Source: Scyliorhinus canicula (Eukaryota). Taken from it: DNA of 64,000 nt. Made by a program: the position numbers and the translations under genes. Below the pieces are notes generated by a model that worked only from the letters and a program-made list of their open reading frames with translations, was not told the DNA's origin and made no database searches. Location: contig NC_052172.1 in the NCBI RefSeq assembly GCF_902713615.1, forward strand, positions 13,735,327 through 13,799,326, read 5' to 3'. This document shows, in pieces, positions 12,516 through 23,731 of the stretch (its first letter is position 1; every line of letters starts with the position of its first letter).

Positions 12516-12537
12516 GCAGTTTGGCGGCTCCGGGAAG

Positions 12538-12789
12538 ATGGCGGCGGAGGGCGGCGGGAAGGAGCTGAATGATATCAAGTCTCAGTTCCGGACCCGGGAG
12601 GGAGCCTATCAGCTGCTCAGTCTGTCCGAGTACAGCCGCCCCAACCGGGTGCCGCTCAGCGCCGCCCAGGGCACCAACCCGGTCCGGGTGTCGCTGGTCA
12701 ACGTCCGCGAGCCCAGCGCCGGCGGGCAGCGCATCTGCTTCAATGTGGGCCGCGAGCTTTACCTCTACCTGTACCGGGGGCCGCGCAAG
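12538..12789 (+). CDS. DMWD: WD repeat protein of the WDR20/DMWD family (probable DMWD), exon 1
   Basis: MAAEGGGKELNDIKSQFRTREGAYQLL...CFNVGRELYLYLYRGPRK matches the WDR20/DMWD N-terminus. Donor AAG|GTGAGG. A YY1-type motif AAGATGGCGGC overlaps the ATG. Family assignment is secure; paralogue assignment is about 0.7. Confidence 0.9.
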
Positions 12790-12799
12790 GTGAGGCCGG

Positions 12800-13190
12800 G
12801 GTCAGGGGGCGGGGACAAGGGGCTGAGGGGCGGGGGTCAGGGGGCAGAGCGTCAGGAGGCAGAGGGGTGGTAGTCAGGGGAGCAGGGTCTGCGGGTAGAG
12901 GGGCGGGGTTCAGGGGGCAGAGAGCTGGGGTCAGGGGGTGTGGGGGTCAGGGGAGCGGGGTCTAGGAGCTGGGGTCAGGGGGTGTGGGGGTCAGGGGAGC
13001 GGGGTCTAGGGGCGGGAGTCAGGGGGCAGAGCGGTCAGGGGAGCAGGGTAGAGGGGCAGAGGGGTGGGGGGTCAGGGGAGCGGGGTCTGCGGGCAGAGGG
13101 GTGGGGGGTCAGGGGAGTGGGGTCTGCGGGTAGAGGGGCGGGGGGTCAGGGGGCAGAGAGCCAGGGTCGGGATAGGGCCAGGCGGTAGGG
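12800..13190. repeat. G-rich low-complexity repeat (ggggtcaggggg...) at the start of intron 1
   Basis: Recurrent ggggtcagggg motif. Confidence 0.75.
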
Positions 13191-13589
13191 GACCGGGGTT
13201 AAGAGTTTAGTATGCTTAATGGGGTCACAGGTTGAATTCAGGTTCATGTTGGGGTCAGGAGTTGAAGTCAGGGGATCAAGTTCAGGTGGCTGGTCAAAGG
13301 TTGCGTTCAGGTACAGGGAGGACAAAGGTTGGGTTCAGATACATGGAGGTCAACGGTTGGGTTCAGGTAGCAGGAGGTGAGCGGTTGTTGGGCCTCGGGG
13401 CAGGGCAGACGGTCGAGCTCCAGGGCAAAGAAATTAGTAGATTCTGAATATCAATCTGGGCAGTCAGAGCAGTGAGGTCTGTCTGTATTTGTAAAGTTGT
13501 TTGTGTCTCAAAGCGGAATTACTCTGAGTTATCAAGAGGACTGGCCACTGTATTTACAAATTGAACTCCATGAAAGGCTGCACTGACCC

Positions 13590-14790
13590 CACCAAACACT
13601 CTCAGGACAGGTACAGCACGGAGTTAGATACAGAGTAAAGCTCCACTACACTATCCTGCTATACTATCCCCATTAAACACTCCCAGGATAGATACAGCAC
13701 GGGGTTAGATACAGAGTATCAAACCCCATGCTGTACCTATCCTGGGAGTGTTTGATGGGGACAGTGTAGAGGGAGCTTTACTCTTTATCGAACCGTGTGC
13801 TGTACCTGTCCTGGGAGTGTTTGATGGGGACAGTGTAGAGGGAGCTTTACTCTGTATCTAACCCCGTGCTGTACCTGTCCTGGGAGTGTTTGATGGGGAG
13901 AGGGTAGAGGGAGCTTTACTCTGTATCTAACCCCGTGCTGAACCTGTCCTGGGAGTGTTTGATGGGGACAGTGTAGAGGGAGCTTTTCTCTGTTTCTGAC
14001 CCAGTGCTGTACCTACCTTGGGAGTGTTTGATGGGGACAGTGTCGCGGGAGCTTTACTCTGTTTCTGACCCAGTGCTGTACCTGTCCTGGGAGTGTTTGA
14101 TGGGGACAGTGTAGAGGGAGCTTTACTCTTTATCGAACCCTGTGCTGTACCTGTCCTGGGAGTGTTTGATGGGGACAGTGTAGAGGGAGCTTTACTCTGT
14201 ATCTAACCCCCTGCTCTACCTGTCATGGGAGTGTTTAATGGGGACAGTGTAGAGGGAGCTTTACACTGTATCTATCCCCGTGCTGTACCTGTTCTGGAAG
14301 TGTTTGTTGGAAACAGTATAGAGGGAGCTTTACTCTGTGTCTAACCCTGTGATGTACCTGTCCTGGGAATGTTTGATGGGGACAGTGTAGAGGGAGCTTT
14401 TCTCTGTTTCTGACCCAGTGCTGTACCTGTCCTGGGAGTGTTTGATGGGGACAGTGTAGAGGGAGCTTTACTCTGTATCTAACCCCGTGCTGTACCTACC
14501 TTGGGAGTGTTTGATGGGGACAGTGTCGCGGGAGCTTTACTCTGTTTCTGACCCAGTGCTGTACCTGTCCTGGAGTGTTTGATGGGGACAGTGTAGAGGG
14601 AGCTTTACTCTGTTTCTAACCCCGTGCTCTACCTGTCATGGGAGTCTTTAATGAGGACAGTGTAGAGGGAGCTTTACTCTGTATCTATCCCCGTGCTGTA
14701 CCTGTTCTGGAAGTGTTTGTTGGAAACAGCATAGAGGGAGATTTACTCTGTTATAAACCCCGTGCTGTACCTGTCCTGGGAATGTTTGAT
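13590..14790. repeat. 69-bp tandem repeat array with an orientation switch at ~13714
   Basis: Units read in the reverse orientation before 13712 and in the forward orientation after 13716. Confidence 0.9.
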
Positions 14791-15760
14791 TGATTTTATT
14801 TATTGATTTTATCTATTGTCACGTGCACCGAGGTACAATGAAAATTATTGTTCTGCGTACAGTCTAGACAGATCATTCCATACATAAATACACAATGTAA
14901 ATACATAGACACAGGCAGCGGGTGAAGCATACAGGAGCGTAGTACTACTCAGTAGACAAGATGTGTGAAGAGATCAGTTATTTCACAAGAGAGTAATTTA
15001 GGAGTCTGGTAACTGCAGGGAAAAAGCTGATTTTGAATCTGTTCCTGCATCTTCTCACACTTTTGTATCTCCTGCCCAATGGAAGATATTGGAAGAGAGA
15101 ATAACCCGGGTGGGAGGGCTTTTTGATTATGCTGCCCGCTTTTCCAAGGTAGCGGGAGGTGTAGACAGAGTCAATGGATGGGAGGCAGGTTTGTGTGATG
15201 GACTGGGCTGTGTTCATGACTCTCTGGAGTTTCATGCTGTCCTGGGCTGAGCAGTTGCCATACCAGGCTGTGATGCAGCCAGATAGGATGCTTTTCGATA
15301 GTGCATCTGTAAAAATTGGAAAGTGTCAATGTGGACATGCCGAATTTCCTTAGTTTCCTGAGGAAGTATAGGCACTGTTATGCTTTCTTGACCAGCTCCT
15401 TAGTTTTTCTGACATTGAGGGAGAGATTGTTGTTGTTACACCATGCCACGAGGTTCTCCATCTCCCTTCTGTATTCTGACTCATCGCTGTTCGAGATCCG
15501 ACCGCCTACGGTCGTGTCATCAGTAAACTTGTAGATGGAGTTGGAGCCGAATTTTGCCACACAGGTGTGTGTACAGGAAGAAAAGTAGGGGACTAAGCAC
15601 ACAGTCTTGCGGGGCCCTGATTTTAAGGACTATCATAGAGGAGGCGATGATATTTATCCTTACTGATTGTGGTCTATGGGCCAGGAATTTGAGGAGCCAG
15701 TTGCAGAGGGAGGCGCCAAATCCAATGTTTTTGAATTTGGATATGAGCTTGGCAATGAAA
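14790..15760 (-). mobile_element. Rex1/Babar-type non-LTR retrotransposon, 3' fragment (frameshifted RT)
   Basis: Minus-strand peptides APQDCVLSPLLF and KFTDDTTVGGRISNSDESEYRREMENLVAWCNNNNLSLNVRKTKEL (RT YADD-region variant), followed by a 3' tail. Confidence 0.8.
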
Positions 15761-15929
15761 TGAAAATCGCTTATTGTCACATGTAGGCTTCAAATGAAGT
15801 TACTGTGAAAAGCCCCTAGTTGCCACATTCTGGTGCCTGTTTGGGGAGGCTGGTACGGGAATTGACCCCGCACTGCTGACCTTGTTCTGCTTCATAAGCC
15901 AGCTGTTTAGCGCATTGTGCTAAACTAGC

Positions 15930-16490
15930 CCCATCAAACACTCCCAGGACAGGTACAGCACGGGGTTAGATACAGAGCAAAGCTCCCTCCACGCTGTCCC
16001 CATCAAACACTCCCAGGACAGGTACAGCACAGGGTTAGATACAGAGTAAAGCTCCCTCTCCACTGTCCCCATCAAACACTCCCAGGACAGGTACAGCATG
16101 GGGTTAGATACAGAGTAAAGCTCCCTCTACACTGTCCTCATCAAACACTCCCAGGACAGGTACAGCATGGGGTTAGATACAGAGTAAAGCTCCCTCTACA
16201 ATGTCCCCATCAAACACGCCCAGGACAGGTACAGCATGGGGTTAGATACAGAGTAAAGCTCCCTCTACACAGTCCCCTGTGTAGAGGGAGCTTTACTGTG
16301 TATCTAACCCCATGCTTCACCTGCCCCCTGTTTGATGGGACAGTGTAGAGGGAGCTTTACTCTGTATCTAACCCTGTGCTGTACCTGTCCTGGGAGTGTT
16401 TGATGGGGACAGTGTAGAGGGAGCTTTACTCTGTATCTGACCCGGTACTGTACCTGTCCCGAGACTGTTTGATGGGGACAGTGTAGAGGC
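15930..16490. repeat. 69-bp tandem repeat array with a fold-back junction at 16273-16276
   Basis: Reverse-oriented units up to 16272, forward-oriented units from 16277. Confidence 0.9.
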
Positions 16491-17064
16491 GGCTGACTGG
16501 AGTGACTAAAATAATTCTTCATGAGAGGGAGGGTAATAATCTCTGGAACATTTCGGACAAAAACAAGAACTGTCTCCCCTCTTCAGATAGTGAATCCTTC
16601 GGATCATCTTGAGTACTTGGGAAATCAGGGAATGTGGATTGGGTGGGAATGTGGATTGGGTGGGAATGTGGAGTTGAGGTTCAAGTTGATCCTATTGGTC
16701 CTACTCCCCCTGTTAACTTGTGAGTCTGTGTTACTGGTTTGGTATTGAATTGAAAACTATGGACGGCCTAACTAAGCAATGCCAGCTCTTGCTCCAATAT
16801 CATACGGTGATGAGCCTAGGGCAATGGCCAGCTTCTGTTGTTGTTTCCCTGACATGTTGTGCCAGGATTTTAGAAGGCAAACAAATGTGTTGGGTTACTC
16901 ACGCACACACCGTCTTGTTTGCAGTCACAGTTTTGTCACCATGGTGGGAGTTGGGCTATTGGCCTGACAGGAGTTATAAAATGTTGTTGGTTTTCCTGCC
17001 TGGGGTGCTGACACCCCCAAGCTTGGATCTTGACTAACAATTGCGCCTTTTGTACTCTCCGTAG

Positions 17065-17247
17065 GCGGCAGATTTGAGTAAGCCCATCGACAAGCGTATC
17101 TACAAAGGGACGCAGCCCACCTGCCATGATTTTAACCAGTTCACCGCCACGCCCGACAGTGTCTCGCTCGTGATCGGCTTCTCGGCCGGCCAAGTCCAGT
17201 ATCTGGATCCAATCAAGAAAGAGACCAGCAAACTGTTCAATGAAGAG
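17065..17247 (+). CDS. DMWD: WDR20/DMWD-family gene, exon 2
   Basis: Acceptor ctctccgtag|, peptide AADLSKPIDKRIYKGTQPTCHDFNQFTA...SKLFNEE, donor GAG|GTAACT. 183 nt, phase 0/0. Confidence 0.93.
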
Positions 17248-18605
17248 GTAACTGTGTTCGCCCCCAAGTACGCATCGCACCTTTGAGGCTTGGCTGTGGC
17301 TTCAAGAGTCCCTTTGTAACCCAGAGGGGCAGAGGTTCCCATGGCCCCTCTGAGAATGGCCCAAGTCTGCTACCCCTTGCTCTTGCGGTGTAGCTTAAGA
17401 GTTCATCCATCACCCCGGTCGAAAGTCCCCTCCATTTTATACCCTCGCTTTCAAACCTCCCCGTGGCCTTACACCATCTCTATCATTCTTTAATACACTC
17501 CCAAGATCTCTGCCCTCCTTACACTCTGACCTCCTGTGCAACCCCTATTTGAATCCCTCCGCCATTGGTACCTCTGCTGCAGTCCTAAGCTCTGGAATTA
17601 ATTTCCTGAATCTGTCATTATCTGAGCCATTTCTGGAGGCCTATCCCTTCGAGCGGGCTTTCGGACATCTGCCCCAGCATGCCGTTAGGTGTCTCGGTGT
17701 GACATTGTGTGGCTGACACTCCTGTGAAAGTGCCTTATGGAGCTTTGCTGTGTTAAAGGCACCACCTCCGTACAAGCGGCTTTTGACCTTCCGGATACCC
17801 GAGTCTGCCAGCAAGCGCACTGGTTCAATTCACCTTTCGGCTTTGGGTATTCGCCTCCCGTCATCTTTTCCCTGGGGACGAACGGGAAAGGGGAGCAACT
17901 GGGAGATGGTCAGTGCTCTTTCGTGGGATGTGGGCTGTCTTAACATTGAATTTGTGCCGCAATAGAAGGCAGACTTCAAATTGGTAACTCAGCACAGCCG
18001 TCTCGAGTTGGGGAGGGATTAGGGAAATATTGCACTCGTATATAAAGCAGTTCACTCTGGGTGTCTGGGAGGAACCGGGAGAGTCTGTGACTGTGGATTG
18101 CTGTCTTCGAAATCAACCTGTTTTAAGGTGCAGGATAGCTTCAGATTCATTCTTCCTCAGCATACAATTATTGGAATTAACTAACGTCTCCGGCTAGGCC
18201 AACATTTATTGCCCACCCGAATTGCCTTTTAAAATAACTGACTTCCTACTGAATGCACCCAACAGAATAAGTGGCACTTGGGATCCCAGACGGCTACCCG
18301 GGCCAGCTGTTCACGCATCCCAAACCTAAGTTTTATTTTTTCAATCTTGGAGGTGTGCAGCATGTATTCAAGCCCTCCACACCTATCGCCTCGACCTGGG
18401 TTCGATCCCGGCCCCGGGTCACTGTCTGTCTGGAGTTTGCACATTCTCCCCATGTCTGTATGGGTTTCACCCCCACAAAGGTGTGCAGGCTAGGTGGATT
18501 GGCCACCCCAAATTGCCCCTTAATTAGGAAAAAAAAAATGAAAAATTTATTAAAAATACGATTCTCTGCAGAGGTTTAAAGGTCTTTTGTTCCTCTTTGC
18601 TGCAG

Positions 18606-19883
18606 AGATTTATCGACAAGACCAAGGTGACCTGCTTGAAATGGATGCCAGAGTCCGAGTGCCTCTTCCTTGTCGCCCACACCAGTGGCAACCTCTACCT
18701 CTACAATGTGGAGCACCCATGTGGCACCACCGCCCCCCACTATCAGCCACTGAAACAGGGGCCTGGCTTCGCCGTGTACACCTGCAAAAGCAAGTCGAGC
18801 CGCAATCCGCTACTCAAATGGTCGGTTGGCGAGGGCGCCCTCCACGAGTTCGCCTTCGCCCCTGATGGCAAACACGTGGCGTGTGCCAGTCAAGACGGCA
18901 GCCTGAGGGTCTTCCACTTCGACTCGATGGAGCTGTACGGCGCCATGAAGAGCTACTTTGGGGGCCTCCTGTGCGTGTGCTGGAGCCCGGACGGCAGGTA
19001 CATTGTGACTGGGGGCGAGGACGACCTGGTGACGGTCTGGTCCTTCTGGGACTGCCGGGTCATCGCTCGGGGCCACGGCCACAAGTCCTGGGTCAGCGTG
19101 GTAGCCTTTGACCCTTACACAAGCAGCGTCGATGACGGGGAGCAGCCAGAGTTCAGCGGCAGCGACGAGGACTTTCAGGAGCATGCCCCGTTTGGCCGCA
19201 ATCGAACCAACAGCACTTTATCCAGACTCTCCAAGCACAATTCGACGGACGGCCGGGCAACAAACGTGACTTACCGGTTTGGCTCCGTGGGGCAGGACAC
19301 CCAGTTCTGCCTGTGGGATTTGACGGAAGACATTCTGTTCCCCCATCAGCCCCTCTCACGAGCTCGGACGCACACAAATGTGGTGAACACAGCTGTCCCC
19401 GGCTCCCTGAGCTGTGGAAGCCACTCTGGTGGCCTGGCGCTGGAAGCCAACCTGACCAACTCCATCCCGCACTCGCTGTCCCGGTCAAACAGCCTTCCAC
19501 ACCCGGCCGTTACGAACGCCAACAGCAAGGCCCACGCGACGGACGGGGGCGGATCCTTCAGCATCAGCAAGTTTGCGACACTGACACTCCACGAGCGCAA
19601 AGATAAAAGTGCAGAGAAGGACCACAAACGGAACCACAGCATCGGGCACATCATCAGCAAGAGCAACGACAAGCTCAACCTGGTCACGAGAAACAAACTC
19701 GATTCAGCAAAGACTTTGGGGACCACTTTGTGTCCCCGCATGGACGAGGTGCCCTTGCTGGAGCCTCTGGTCTGTAAAAAGATTGCACACGAGAGACTAA
19801 CGGTGTTGATATTCTTGGAGGACTGCATAGTCACTGCTTGCCAAGAAGGCTTCATTTGCACATGGGCAAGGCCAGGTAAAGTG
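18606..19883 (+). CDS. DMWD: WDR20/DMWD-family gene, exon 3 (WD40 repeats)
   Basis: Acceptor ctttgctgcag|, peptide RFIDKTKVT...MKSYFGGLLCVCWSPDGRYIVTGGEDDLVTVWS...ACQEGFICTWARPGKV, donor GTG|GTGAGT. 1278 nt. Confidence 0.95.
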
Positions 19884-21359
19884 GTGAGTATGGGAGGGAT
19901 GGAGAGGGGCCAGAGTCAGTCTCTCTGTGACCTCCTGCAGCCTCCCAACCCTCCAGAGATCTCTGTGCTCCCCAACTCCTGGCCTCCTGTACAGCCCCCG
20001 GTTTTAATCGCTCCGCCGTTGGCAGCCGTGACTTCAGCCGTGACCCTAAAGTCTGGAATCCCTTCCCTAACCCCGTCTGCCTCTTTACCTCTCATTCCTT
20101 CGAAGACTGCTTTTCAAACCCCACCCCTTCGGCCAACCCATCTAAGTATCTCCTCGTGAAGCTCTGTGTTTGGTGAAATGCCTCGGGACATTATAGAAAT
20201 GAAGTTGTTAGTCGGTTGGCAATGAACCGCTACAAAGTCTTGTTGGCGAAGAGCTGGAGAACATTTTAAATGTACTGGACACCCGCAGAACAAATACCAA
20301 ATGTTCTTGATCTTTGTACCTGTAAAATGCTGATTTCTCCACCCTCCAACAAGTTTTCTGCATCCCGGCCTTTCCAAGCCCCCCCCCCCCCCCAATTTTT
20401 CTTTGCTCCACTGTTGCTAGCCATTCCTTCTCCGGAATTCACTCTTCAACCTCTCCAATCCTTTTTAAAACCATTAAAAGTCACCCCCGTGACCAAGACT
20501 TTGATTCCCTGTCCATTTATCTATTCTGTCAGGTGATCCTCCTGTGAAATACCCCAGGGGCATTTTGCTCCACATGAGGAGCCACCCAAGTGTTGCTGTG
20601 CATCTCTTGAGAACCTACAGCAACAGCTCTGCAGAGTGATGAGGCAACTCTCTCCCCACAGGCCGTGGGGTTTTGAACTTCCAACAACTTGTATTTCCAC
20701 AGCGCCTTTAACATAATAAAGGAGCATCATGTGGCGCAATTTGACATCCAGCCACTTGAGGCGATGTGAGGGCAGGTGGCTGAAAGCTTGGTCAGAGGCG
20801 CAGGTTTTAAGGAGCATCCTGGAGGAAGGAGGAGAGGTTTCCCAGAGCGTAGGGCCCAGGCGGCTGTTGACATGGCCGATTAAAATCGGGGACGCTGAAG
20901 AAACCACAATTAGATGAGCGGAGGCAGGTGGGGCTGGCGGAGATTACAGAAGCGAGGAGAAGCGAGCCAGACAGGGGATTGGAATGCAAGACTGAGAATT
21001 TTAAAATCGAGGCATTTCTTGAACCGGAGCCAACCACCAGGGAATATATATGGATCTTGGCCACTGTGAGGAAGGGGGAGAGGGTAGATGAGGTTATTTT
21101 GCCAGTCTTTATTTGTACTGTTAACTCATGGCTGTGCTGTGTGTCACATTAAATCGATTGTACCCTATTCCTTGCTGCGTGCTTGCTCAGCGATGCTGTT
21201 CTTTGCAACGTTCCCCTCCTTCCCCAGAGGCATTCCCCTTTTCTGGGTATAGTTCGATGATTCCAGTCTGAGGAACAGCCTCTTGAGCCTTCAGGAAGAT
21301 ATGCACCTAACTCCATATGCCTACCTTTCCCCGATATTCCTTAATATCATTGGTTAGCA

Positions 21360-23552
21360 GGGCAGCACAGCGGCGCAGTGGTTAGCATTGCTGCCTCACG
21401 GCGCTGAGGTCCCAGGTTCGATCACGTCTCTGGGTCACTGTCTGTGTGGGTCCTCCCCGTGTTTGCGAGGGTTTCGTCATCACAACCCAAAAATGTTCAG
21501 GATAGGCGGATTGGCCACGCTAAATTGCCCCTTAATTGGAAAAAAATAATTGGGTACTCTAAATTTATTTTTAAAATATCGTTGGTTAGCGAAAACTCTT
21601 ATCAATCTTATTTAAACTTTGCATAAATTACAGTGGTTAGCACTGCTGCCTCACAGCGCCAGGGACCCGGGTTCGATTCTGGGCTTGGGTGACTGTGGAG
21701 TTTGCATGTTCTCCCCGTGTGTGCGTGGGTTTCCTCCGGGTGCTCCGGTTTCCTCCCACAGTCCAAAGAAGTGCAGGTTAGGTGGATTGACCACGCTAAA
21801 TTGCCTCTTAATTGGAATTTGTTTTTTAAAAAAGCAATAAATACTCGCCTGGCCAATGAAGTGACATCACGTGAATAAATTCCAGTCACCCTTGACTCCC
21901 CAACTTGGGGAGTAGTATATCTCGTCTACTTGACCAATTCGTCTTGATAGATTGAAAATTTTTAGCAAATTATTTCTTATTCTTATCAATTCTGGGGAAT
22001 ACCATCCTCTCATGTAATCTGCCTTCATGATTTAACCTTTCGAATCCAGGTATTAGTCTCGTAAATCTAGGCGGCACTCCCTCTAAGGCCAATATATTCT
22101 TTCACAATACTCCATGTGTCTTCCGTCTTAGTGTACTTCAGCTGTGGTCATTTTTCTGAGGGCCATGGTGGGGTTTGAACCTGTGGCTCCAAAGCAGGAG
22201 CCTGGGTCTCTGAATTATTAGTTTGTGCTATTACCACTATAGAATCTTCTGTTCAGTAGCGTGAGGCAGCAGTGCTAACCACTGTGCCACCGTGCTGCCC
22301 TGAGAGTATTTATTGCGATACCTAATTGCCCTTGAGAACAGGGGCTGGTTTAGCACAGGGCTAAATGGCTGGCTTTTAAAGCAGGCCAGCAGCACGGTTC
22401 AATTCCTGTACCAGCCTCCGCGAACAGGCGCCGGAATGTGGCGACTAGGGGCTTTTCACGTTACTTCGTTTGAAGCCTACTTGTGTCAGTATGCGATTTT
22501 CATTTCATTTCAGAATCCCTACAGTACAGAAGGAGGCCATTTGGCCCATCAACAGTACCAAGAGCACCCCACCTAGCCCCAATCCCCACCCCATCCCCAT
22601 AACCCCAACTATCCTGCAGATTCCTGGACACTAAGGGCAATTTATCACGGCCAATCCACTGAATCTGCACATCTTTGGACTGTGGGAGGAAACCGGAGCA
22701 CCCGGACAAACCCATGCAGACATGGGAGAATGTGCAAACTCCACACAGAGAGTGAATTGAACCTGGGTCCCTGGTGCTATGAGGCAGCAGTGCTAACCAC
22801 TGAGCAGCCCTGTGTCTCCCCTTCAATGCAATTGAGTGGTGGTACAGACTTGAGTGACTGAACCAACTTAACTTTCCTTTTGTGATTCCTCGCTTTAATA
22901 GTCCCTGAGGGGTTTCGGTGATTATTGAATCATACAACACAGAAGGTCATTTGTCTCATTCTGTCTGTGCTGGATCTTTTTTTTTAATTTAGAGGATCCA
23001 ATTCTTTTTTGTTTTCCAATTAAGAGGCAATTTTACATGGCCAATCCACCTACCCTGCACAGCTTTTATGGTTTGCAGGGGTGGGACCCACATAGACACG
23101 GGGAGACTGTGCAAACTCCACATGGTCAGTGACCCGTGGCTGGGATCGAATCCGGGCCCTCGGTGCAGTGAGGCAGCTGTGCTAACCATTGTGCCACCGT
23201 GCCGTCCCTGTGCTGCATCTCTGACAAAGCTTTCCTTTGGGCAACACGGCAGCATTGTGGTTAGCACAGTTGCTTCACAGCACCCAGGGTCCCAGGTTCG
23301 ATTCTCTGCTGGGTCACTGTCTGTGCGGAGTCTGCACGTTCTCCGTGTCTGCGTGGGTTTCCTCCGGGTGCTCCGGTTTCCTCCCACAGTCCAAAGACGT
23401 GCAGGTTAGGTGGATTGGCCATGCTAAATTGCCCTTAGTGTCCAAAAATGTTAGGAGGGGTGATTGGGTTATGGGGATAGGGTGGAAGTGAGGGCTTAAG
23501 TGGGTCAGTGCAGACTCGATGGGCCTAATGGCCTCCTTCTGTACTGTATGTT
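21360..23552. mobile_element. Cluster of SINEs in intron 3 (about 21360-21580 +, 21630-21830 +, 22341-22512 + short family, 22515-22815 -, 22985-23205 -, 23238-23552 +)
   Basis: Repeated tRNA-like heads and V-domain sequence in both orientations. Boundaries are approximate. Confidence 0.85.
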
Positions 23553-23677
23553 CTAGCTATCCAATTCATCCGACTCCTCTGCTCTTTCCCAATTACACCC
23601 TGGCTCGGGTGTTACGGCTGTGGCCCCTTTCTTAACCAGTATGTCGTGATAACCTGTTGCGTATTTTCTGTTCACAG

Positions 23678-23731
23678 GGTCTGCTGTCGGCACAGAATCA
23701 AGCAAATTCGCCCAGTGGGACCGTGGTGTAG
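23678..23731 (+). CDS. DMWD: WDR20/DMWD-family gene, last coding exon (GLLSAQNQANSPSGTVV*)
   Basis: Acceptor ttttctgttcacag|. The C-terminal SPSGTVV matches the family terminus. TAG at 23729-23731, AATAAA at 23882 and ATTAAA at 24417. Not in the ORF track. Confidence 0.88.
   Translation, partial: GLLSAQNQANSPSGTVV

Noticed and set aside
10182-12578. Overlapping Gly/Arg/Ala-rich ORFs upstream of DMWD
   Set aside because: VNTR translation. The family-conserved start is the ATG at 12538.
13590-14790. Regular 69-bp repeats as a possible CRISPR array
   Set aside because: The units are head-to-tail with no unique spacers, the context is a eukaryotic intron, and there are no cas genes.
23238-23315. 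tRNA-like sequences with A and B boxes (many copies across the window)
   Set aside because: They are SINE heads continuing into the V-domain and LINE-derived tails, with no complete cloverleaf.
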